A stretch of 64,000 nt of DNA from a virus. Below the pieces are notes generated by a model, which was not told where the DNA came from, did no database searches, and saw nothing but the letters and a program-made list of their open reading frames with translations. Below are positions 57,462 to 64,000 of the stretch, piece by piece; the first letter of the stretch is position 1; each line of letters starts with the position of its first letter. The stretch covers positions 32,001 through 96,000 of the IMG/VR virus record IMGVR_UViG_3300005337_000003; one strand, 5' to 3'. The translations under genes were made by a program, and so were the position numbers.

Positions 57462-58347
57462 TAACAGCTTCCATCTGGATTAGGATGAGGTGGAGCTTAC
57501 ACCCCACCTACTTTTCTTTCCGGTGGTCGCGCACGTATATAGTTACCCTCAAGGACGGTCTCATTAGCTGACAAATCTCCAGTTAGCGCTGGGTGTCTGA
57601 GATGTGAGGTAGAAGCTCACAACCGCTCTTCTTGTTAAAGTGATTGTTACCAAGGTGGGGTTTAAGTAGTCATTCCCTTAATGTGTCCACTGAGGTTCAA
57701 TCCGCCCCAATCAGGTCATATGTTAACTGGTCGGGAATTAAAGCCGCACATGGCGGCTTCAAAAATATTGTTCTTTCGTTGCGCTCTGACGGCATCATTA
57801 TAGTCCGGGAGCGGCCGACCAGCGTTAGAACATAAAGGGCTCGTTAGGAAACTCGACCGGTATTTCCAACCGGATGGTGGGAACCTAGCTGGGCTCTTTT
57901 TCATTTACGAATGTACGGACAAATTCTCATCCAACCAAAAATATATGGTGCCGTGGTGTTTAGATGCCGTGTCACGCGCGGTGCCGCTCATGGGTCCCCC
58001 AATCTACCCCGCCACCCAATCTCTCCGCTGGGCCCCACCCGGGGGGGTTCCAATCTCTCAAATTCCATCTATTAGGGCGATTTTCTAAAACCGGATTTTT
58101 TATGACAAAGATCAGCCCACCAGCTCGTCTCCAGGAACAACAACGGCCAACCAGAGCTGACCTGGCGGCTGGCAGACGATGCCAGGCCGTCTCGAATACC
58201 TGGGGAGACAAGGAATGCTAAAACAGCTAAAAGCCACGATAGCACCCCTTAGCCCCCTTATCGCACACCCGGCGCCGCTCAATCTCTCGCATCCATTGTC
58301 TTAGCAATCAATCATATACAATATTTAACTTCTTAAAACCACAACAA

Positions 58348-58614
58348 ATGAATCACTTTAAAAGAGAAACAGTCACCGGTCTTACCGGCTGCCGCATCCG
58401 CCAGCAGTACAAGCTACTCTGGATTAAGATGCTGCATAACAAAAGGCGCACATGTAGCGTCTATCCGCTCACCCGGGATAACAGGGTGCCCGAGGAAATA
58501 CTGGAAGAGAGCCGGTTCGTCCCAGGGTTATTCAAGAACAAGGCAACAAAGGAGAGGTTTAAGCTGGTGCAGGGCAAAGACAAATACACCAACCTGATAC
58601 CATGTACAGCGTGA
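58348..58614 (+). CDS. Hypothetical early protein, 88 aa
   Basis: AAAACCACAACAA leader. Confidence 0.6.
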   Translation: MNHFKRETVTGLTGCRIRQQYKLLWIKMLHNKRRTCSVYPLTRDNRVPEEILEESRFVPGLFKNKATKERFKLVQGKDKYTNLIPCTA

Positions 58615-58815
58615 TCGCCTTCATCCTGGGGCTGGGAAGAGTTATAATAAGGCCGGCGTCGAAAGACCACGGCTTTTATTATAGCCCCTCCCACAGCTCC
58701 CGCATCAAGGCCAAGCGACTGGCATTGCGTTAACCGCGCCCCCTTATCCCTCCCTATTCTGCCTATTCTCTCTCATTCATTATCCTAATCAATTAACAAT
58801 TAAAAACAAAAGAAC

Positions 58816-59160
58816 ATGAGCACATTAAAACTCACATCAGATGGCTCCTACTACAAGCGTAGCTCAGGAGTAGACGGCCTGACCACTGCCAAGCAGGTAT
58901 TCCGTTACAACGTTACCGGGGACGAAAAAGACATCGTTGAATACATTGCCGAGCGCGTGAAGGGCGGCGCCAAGGAAACATCGATAAAGACAGAGACCGG
59001 CGTTAAGTACTATACCGATCGCTTTGTTCCAAACGGCACCAGCCTGGACAAAACCCAGGATGGCCGGTTCTTTCCCAACACTGCCAAATGGGATCAGATC
59101 CTGAGCCTGCAGAAACAGGGCCACTCCTACGAGGCTGCCGTGGCAATGGTGTCGGCATAA
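58816..59160 (+). CDS. Hypothetical early protein, 114 aa
   Basis: Strong A-rich leader; high-expression-like codon usage. Confidence 0.7.
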   Translation: MSTLKLTSDGSYYKRSSGVDGLTTAKQVFRYNVTGDEKDIVEYIAERVKGGAKETSIKTETGVKYYTDRFVPNGTSLDKTQDGRFFPNTAKWDQILSLQKQGHSYEAAVAMVSA

Positions 59161-59184
59161 GAATTGCACTGTATTTAAAAAAGC

Positions 59185-59312
59185 TAGGCCGGGAGACTTG
59201 TGCTCCCGGCATTTCACATCAAAAAAGCTCAGTTGTGTGGAGCAAAGTGGCCTGTCCTTTGTGTGGAGGCTGGCCGGCCCCTGGGAGTTGTGTCCCGGGG
59301 GCTTTTCTATTT
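59185..59312 (+). ncRNA. Candidate sRNA with four UUGUG-loop hairpins, the last being a terminator
   Basis: Loops ACUUGUG (59196-202), AGUUGUGUG (59231-39), UUUGUGU (59258-64), GUUGUG (59287-92); G-U pairs and the U tail favour the plus strand. Confidence 0.65.
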
Positions 59313-59316
59313 CACT

Positions 59317-59374
59317 GGGGAGTAGGGGTCAACCGGATCGTATACCGGGCGCTGTTCGAGTCAGCGACTCTCCA
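59317..59374 (+). ncRNA. Anticodon-less tRNA-like element (58 nt)
   Basis: Acceptor GGGGAGU/ACUCUCC-A, perfect T arm CGCUG-UUCGAGU-CAGCG, and only 26 nt between them (a single arm). Confidence 0.65.
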
Positions 59375-59463
59375 CTAAACGAGGCGACAAGCCCACAACA
59401 TAACCACGGGACGGATCAGCTCCAGATAAGCAGCTGGTGGACACGTCTCCTTAACAATAAAAT

Positions 59464-59550
59464 GGAGAGCTGGATGCATGTTGGGCTGTCCGCATGGTGG
59501 CTTTGGGTTGCCACTCTTTTCTCCGGGTTCGATTCCCGGGCTCTCCACCA
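59464..59550 (+). tRNA. Atypical tRNA (87 nt) with an 8-nt anticodon loop (UUUGGGUU; Pro-like UGG plus one nt) and encoded CCA
   Basis: Acceptor GGAGAGC/GCUCUCC-A-CCA; T arm CCGGG-UUCGAUU-CCCGG; anticodon stem GUGGC/GCCAC; D stem AUGC/GCAU with a 14-nt loop. Isotype uncertain. Confidence 0.7.
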
Positions 59551-59793
59551 GCAACACATTGCGCCTCGACAAGCACCGACGGGTGTTTCGTTGGTCAGAC
59601 GTGGTAGCCTTCAATAAGCTACTGATGTCCGTAAAATGGGAAAAAGCACCACATGGATACAGGGGTCCCAACGATAGAGGATGTAATTTACCAGCACCGA
59701 ACGCTAATACCAAAACGGGCGTCGAGTACTATCGGAAGATAGTCGCTGGCTTATTTTGCCAATAACTTTTATTAATTTTAAAAATTGACAGAC

Positions 59794-60012
59794 ATGGAAC
59801 CCAGAGAAATAACACTTACCGGCACGATCCATATCGCACACTTCAGGTTCTATGATGGCCTGCATTATGTAAAGGACAAGCCTTTGAAACAAACCACCCA
59901 GTGGGAGGAACTGGACGGCGGCACAGGATATATGGTGGCCTGTGGCGATGTGATGGTGCGGGTGCCTGAAGACTATTGCCCGCACATCAAAAGAAGAATA
60001 ATAACCATTTAA
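59794..60012 (+). CDS. Hypothetical early protein, ~72 aa
   Basis: ATG 59794 in frame with the track's TTG start. Confidence 0.55.
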   Translation: MEPREITLTGTIHIAHFRFYDGLHYVKDKPLKQTTQWEELDGGTGYMVACGDVMVRVPEDYCPHIKRRIITI

Positions 60013-60025
60013 AAACCAAAAAAAC

Positions 60026-60448
60026 ATGACAACACACGAGATTATTGATGACACGGTTGCCTTTTACGGCGCCGATCCGGTGGGCCGGAGATCCCTGAAA
60101 CTGACAGAGACAGAAGAGCACGATTTAGTTCAAAATGCTTGTTTATACATAGGACCTGGTGGGAAAAAATGTGCATTCGCAAGGTTTGTAAAGGAAGAAG
60201 ATTTATACGAATTACGACAACGAGAGGGAACGTGTGCAGGATTTGTACTAGAATCAGTTACGCTGGAAGACAAGGTATCAAAAATCAAAAACAAAATGTT
60301 CTGGAATAGTGTACAGGCCATTCACGACCAGAGTTCTCATTGGGATGAAAATGGCATAACAGACCAGGGCATCGAGTTTGTCCAAGAGCTAAAGGATAAA
60401 TATCCCAACGTGGAAGAACTTGCTGATAGGCGAGAAGAAGCCGGCTAA
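60026..60448 (+). CDS. Hypothetical early protein, 140 aa
   Basis: CLY...KKCAF...Q.IHD...W pattern; followed by a terminator. Confidence 0.7.
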   Translation: MTTHEIIDDTVAFYGADPVGRRSLKLTETEEHDLVQNACLYIGPGGKKCAFARFVKEEDLYELRQREGTCAGFVLESVTLEDKVSKIKNKMFWNSVQAIHDQSSHWDENGITDQGIEFVQELKDKYPNVEELADRREEAG

Positions 60449-60462
60449 AAACCGGCTTTTTT
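60438..60462 (+). terminator. Intrinsic terminator
   Basis: AAGCCGG/CCGGCUU stem plus U run. Confidence 0.75.
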
Positions 60463-61161
60463 TAACAAATAGGACGAAACACCGTATCCATTGAGTGAAG
60501 CTATAAGATTACCCGCATTTTACCATACTTTTTAGGCGTTTGGCTGAGTAAAGCGTCGTATGAATTGCCACAATTCAGATCTTTTCCGCCTTTATACCTG
60601 GTACCAGGCAACCTTTTAGCCTCCAGATCGGCACGTTTTCCGCCTTAAAGCCTGTCTGTTCAGGCATCAAGCCTCCAGATAAAACTTTTTTCGGCTCTGT
60701 TCCGCGTCCCTCTAAGGCTACAGGCTCATTTTTGGCCTTTTTTAGGGGCAAATAGAGCGCATATTTGGCTTCCAGCTGTGCTGTGGGCCGGTTTATTTAA
60801 TTCTGGCGCCATTAGCTGGCTTTTCGGTGTAAGTTATTGAGAATTAAGGAGATGAGTTGGGGTTTGGTCTTGAATTTTGCGGCCCGCCCCCACTTCATTT
60901 CAACTGCGGCCTACCGGGCGGCTCTTATAGCGGCCCATCCGTAAATACTTTCTACTGTTCTTGGAGGTGGGATCAGGTATAATATCAAATAATAGTATTC
61001 TTCCATAGTTGAGAGTGTAACCTGACAATATCAATATACGTATAAGCAGCATTAGGAAGATGATCCTGGGGCTTTGTGGGATGCTATGGCCTGTAAACCG
61101 GCCAATTCCCGCTGTTTCACCAGCATTCGCCATACCTAACCACCAGCCACCTGTTAAATTT

Positions 61162-61192
61162 TTTGCGAGTATATCAAGCCGTACTATATTTG
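61162..61192 (+). promoter_or_regulatory. Bacteroidota housekeeping-sigma promoter
   Basis: TTTG (61162-65), 19-nt spacer, TATATTTG (61185-92). Confidence 0.75.
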
Positions 61193-61499
61193 CACGGGGA
61201 TTGCCTTTATCTTAAAAGACTAAATATGAAAAAAATATCCACACTTACCGCCATAGCGGCCATGATGGAGGCTGCTGTCTTTTAACAAAGGAAGATAATG
61301 AAGACATTAGCTTTATCAAAAATGCCAAGCTGCTAGCAGAAGGCTGAGTAGATCTAAGGGCGCGGCCTTTTTGCGAATCCAGCGGCATAACCTCCAATCT
61401 GCAGCTCATAACTCATGAAGTAAAAGATTGCACTAAATTTCAACCTAAAGAATAAAAAGCATATTCAGATTTTACTACCCTCCAATAAAAAAATTAAAT

Positions 61500-61985
61500 A
61501 TGACACCAAGAATCCAAAAAGCAATTGACATTTTCCTCGACGCTATAAATGAGAGAACATTAACCAAAGGCAACTGCGCAGCATGTGCAGTTGGTAATTT
61601 AGTGGCGACTGGAATGAACATAAAATTAAGACCCTATACGCTCTGCGAAAATTCAAACAGCGATTGGGGCAATCTATTTTATACTGACGAGACAGGCTGC
61701 CAGGTATACCGCAAAGATCTATTAAGCCCCACAGCATTAAAAAAGGCCATGGATAATATAGAGGCAACCGATTTCACAGAAACAGAGTTAATGCGCATTG
61801 AACATGCATTTGAGACCAATACCAAAATTAGACATGAAAGCTACTATCGTTATCAAAAAGAACAAATACGCCAAGATCAAATAAAGGGCCTTGCAGCGGT
61901 AGTAGAAGTAATGCTCGAAATGGACAATTGCACAGAAAACACAAAAGAAGTATTTACCAAAAAAGCAGAGCTTATACCTATTTAA
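61500..61985 (+). CDS. Hypothetical early protein, 161 aa
   Basis: GNCAACAVGNL...W...F...IEHAFE...GLAAVVEVM; related in pattern to 63021..63449. Confidence 0.7.
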   Translation: MTPRIQKAIDIFLDAINERTLTKGNCAACAVGNLVATGMNIKLRPYTLCENSNSDWGNLFYTDETGCQVYRKDLLSPTALKKAMDNIEATDFTETELMRIEHAFETNTKIRHESYYRYQKEQIRQDQIKGLAAVVEVMLEMDNCTENTKEVFTKKAELIPI

Positions 61986-61987
61986 TC

Positions 61988-62398
61988 ATGGAAAATAACT
62001 TAAAAAAACTAATCGAGACCTATCAATGCCCTGGATGCATGATGGGAAATAGGATAGAATGCTTTAAGCCTGCGGAATATGGAAAGCAATGCGCTGCACA
62101 TCGTCCGGGCACATTTATATCTTCGATAGGTAAAATACTTCTTGGAATGCCAAAAGGCTTTGACCGGACAAATGATAGCCTGGGCGAATCCAAATACGAT
62201 CTGAAGATCCTGGAAGCGCCAGAGTACGATAAGTTCAATGTTGCTGTTTGGAAGCATCTCGACGGGCATGGCAATACACTAGTAAGGGGCCTAATGCCTC
62301 GGCTAAATCAACCTTTTGTACATATCTACGAAGGAGACCAACGGGATAAAATAAGCTGCCTGGAGATCACACAGGAAGACATTAACGAGATGGACTAA
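61988..62398 (+). CDS. Hypothetical early protein, ~136 aa
   Basis: ATG 61988 directly after the upstream stop; CPGC...C...C..H motif. Confidence 0.65.
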   Translation: MENNLKKLIETYQCPGCMMGNRIECFKPAEYGKQCAAHRPGTFISSIGKILLGMPKGFDRTNDSLGESKYDLKILEAPEYDKFNVAVWKHLDGHGNTLVRGLMPRLNQPFVHIYEGDQRDKISCLEITQEDINEMD

Positions 62399-62408
62399 AG
62401 ATACCGCA

Positions 62409-62536
62409 TGGCCCCTATAAGCCGCGCGATTAAATGGACTGGTGGCGTTTTGATCTGTCTGCCGCCAGTAGCTTGCAGGACAGATTCGGACGGGGCCAAT
62501 AGGTGAGAGAAGGGGAAGGTTAATAGCCTTCCCTTT
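62409..62536 (+). ncRNA. Candidate pseudoknotted RNA plus terminator
   Basis: P1 UGGCCCC/GGGGCCA; hairpin ACUGGUGGC/GCCGCCAGU whose loop AUCUGUC pairs with GACAGAU (62479-85); terminator GGGAAGG/CCUUCCC-UUU. Confidence 0.45.
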
Positions 62537-63020
62537 ATAAAGTTCTTTGAAGATAAACGGCTAAACATTGATCCATTGTAAATCGCTGCAAATAGGCGTT
62601 TAGATTGTACTTATTGGAGGTAAACCAATTAAAAATACCCCATATAGGACAGTAGTTTACATAAAGATACTAATCCTGAATTGACAGGATGATGAACCGG
62701 AGGATTTACCATACACTATATATCTTAACAGACTAGAGTGTTCTTAAGTGGAGTAGATCGCCGTAGTAGTTGCTGTAAAGCTAGATGTGTTGTTCCCTTG
62801 AGAAAGGAATCGATGACCAAAGCTATTAGAGCAGTGAATAAGAGAGTAAGGGACAAAGGTAGCTCTACAACACAAATGAGACTCAGCAAGTAGTTAGTTA
62901 CATTCCTAGTCTTAATTGATAGAGTGTGTAATACGATGGCTTAACATTAGCTTCTAACTATGTGACCCTACTCTTTCAGCAGACAAGAGGGTGCTAAACA
63001 AACTAATAACAAAACTTAAC

Positions 63021-63449
63021 ATGAGAATGAGAAAAGAAAAAATCCTTGAAGACCTTGCTATCGAAGAGGCAAAGAACTTAAAAAACCTTGCAAAACCTGA
63101 AGAGATTAACAATTTAAATCCAGCATCATTTGATCCTACTGACCCTGCGAGGTGCATATACGGACAGATGACCGGGAGTTGTTGGTCGGATCGTGCAAAT
63201 GAACTGATCATCAAATGCTGCACCAAAGTAACACATTGGATAGATGTAGATGTTTTTAGCTATGAAATAAACGGCAAAGCGACAAACAAAAGGCACGGCC
63301 CCAAAGAAGCAGATGAAACTTCCGAGTATTATTCTCCCATCGAAACTTTGATATTCGAGGAAGACGTATATGATTTCGAGGATACATTCTACTCCAAGCG
63401 GATCATGGCTTTTCTAAAAGACGAAACAAAGGAATTATCATTCGACTGA
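63021..63449 (+). CDS. Hypothetical early protein, ~142 aa
   Basis: CIYGQMTGSC...YYSPIE motif; ATG 63021 preferred. Confidence 0.7.
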   Translation: MRMRKEKILEDLAIEEAKNLKNLAKPEEINNLNPASFDPTDPARCIYGQMTGSCWSDRANELIIKCCTKVTHWIDVDVFSYEINGKATNKRHGPKEADETSEYYSPIETLIFEEDVYDFEDTFYSKRIMAFLKDETKELSFD

Positions 63450-63502
63450 TACTGATATAGTATGCCGCTGGCCGGGATGCGCCCGGTTAAAAAAAATAAA
63501 AC

Positions 63503-63667
63503 ATGAAAAACATTAAGATCCTGGGATTCTTTTTAATAGGAATAGCACTTAACCTATTAGCTGTATCAATTATATATGTGGACATAATACAACCTATGAT
63601 AGCCGGTTTCTGTATTTTTGAAGCTTATATCTGTATTATTCATCCAGAAAAAATAACCAAAGAATGA
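63503..63667 (+). CDS. Small membrane protein, 54 aa (not in track)
   Basis: MKNIKILGFFLIGIALNLLAVSIIYVDIIQPMIAGFCIFEAYICIIHPEKITKE; A-rich leader. Confidence 0.5.
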   Translation: MKNIKILGFFLIGIALNLLAVSIIYVDIIQPMIAGFCIFEAYICIIHPEKITKE

Positions 63668-63762
63668 ACACTTTATCTTTTAGCATAAATCTAATAACAG
63701 TATGCATGTATACAACATCGCTTGTATTGTGCATTTTTACATTAATTAAAAACTGGAAATAA

Positions 63763-64000
63763 ATGGGAGCAAGAGCACAAGTACACATGGAAGAAAGTGG
63801 TGTATATCTTTATACGCATTGGGGATCTGGAACATTGAAAAAGGATGTAGCAAGGGCCTTAAAAAAGAAATGGCGCTGGGACGACGTGGAATACCTCACA
63901 CGAATAATATTCGACGAAATGGTGGGAAAGGAGCAGGGCGAAGAAACTGGCTACGGTATCGGGACAAATGTAGCAGGAGATGCTGAATACATTATACACA
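63763..64000 (+). CDS. Conserved phage hypothetical protein, partial (runs off the right edge)
   Basis: MGARAQV...VYLYTHWG...RWDDVEYLTRIIFDEM...TGYGIG. Confidence 0.7.
   Translation, partial: MGARAQVHMEESGVYLYTHWGSGTLKKDVARALKKKWRWDDVEYLTRIIFDEMVGKEQGEETGYGIGTNVAGDAEYIIH

Noticed and set aside
57660-57810. Group I S-like element ATTATAGTCC and T-loop-like GGTTCAATCC
   Set aside because: No upstream GACTA partner on the same strand; no T stem or acceptor geometry.
58638-58656. Similarity of AGTTATAATAAGGC to the SpCas9 tracrRNA segment AGTTAAAATAAGGC
   Set aside because: Short AT-rich match; the segment is paired within a local hairpin, with no Cas gene or repeat in the window.
59551-59600. 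Theta/HDV-like ribozyme after the tRNA CCA (TTG-CGCCTCGA-CAA resembles P3/L3)
   Set aside because: No room for P2, and a 10-nt insertion separates P3' from the imperfect P1' match.
59618-59650. Hammerhead core (CTGATG...GAAA)
   Set aside because: CUGAUGA is broken, the stem II G-C closing pair is absent, and no matching stems I and III.
57964-59765. Track ORFs 57964-58221, 57972-58211 and the overlapping ORFs across 59088-59765
   Set aside because: No Bacteroidota-type leaders, implausible composition, and they overlie the hairpin and tRNA-like elements, which explain the sequence better.
61226-61348. 20-codon ORF after the 61162 promoter with a possible continuation in another frame
   Set aside because: No slippery heptamer or stimulatory structure; cannot distinguish a leader peptide or gene remnant from chance.
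62725-62915. Group I intron P7 (ACAGACTAG ... CTAGTCT)
   Set aside because: J8/7 and P4/P6 consensus not found and no interrupted gene flanks it; kept only as a generic structured region.
1-64000. Stop-codon reassignment as in some crAss-like phages
   Set aside because: Long genes are intact in code 11, TAG and TGA both end genes at tight junctions, and no suppressor anticodon was seen.
1-64000. CRISPR array
   Set aside because: No regularly spaced repeat-spacer series seen; the CA-rich and 17-bp repeats are dispersed.

Overview
A 64-kb segment of a crAss-like (Crassvirales-related) podophage of a Bacteroidota host. Host assignment rests on TTTG-N19-20-TAnnTTTG promoters, A/C-rich leaders without Shine-Dalgarno sites, and Gln-after-signal-peptide exports. 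The code is standard code 11, with no sign of stop-codon reassignment. Minus strand, 1-57.2 kb: the late/structural arm. It holds the N-terminus of a giant zincin-containing virion protein that the ORF track missed (runs off the left edge), ejection/cargo proteins, tail stabilisation and ring proteins, an IHF-like protein, a Cys-rich decoration block, major capsid protein with a free-standing LAGLIDADG endonuclease behind it, scaffold-like protein, portal, large terminase, PD-(D/E)xK nuclease, lysis genes, fibre-like proteins and a glycosyltransferase/methyltransferase cluster. Plus strand, from about 57.3 kb: small early-type genes separated by unusually long non-coding gaps that fold into many helices. 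Main observations: (1) a candidate sRNA (59185-59312) whose four hairpin loops all display UUGUG, the exact complement of the CACA(C)AAC motif repeated just upstream of late-gene start codons; (2) three aberrant tRNA-like elements: one without an anticodon arm, one with an 8-nt anticodon loop, one with a roughly 110-nt insertion; (3) a canonical-looking -1 frameshift (C CCU UUU, 6-nt spacer, 10-bp stem) that explains an otherwise startless 84-codon ORF; (4) a 17-bp palindromic operator present three times; (5) repeated x-x-x-GG motifs bounding modules, including a zincin, in cargo proteins. Protein family calls come from motif recognition and gene order only; no database searches or folding programs were run.
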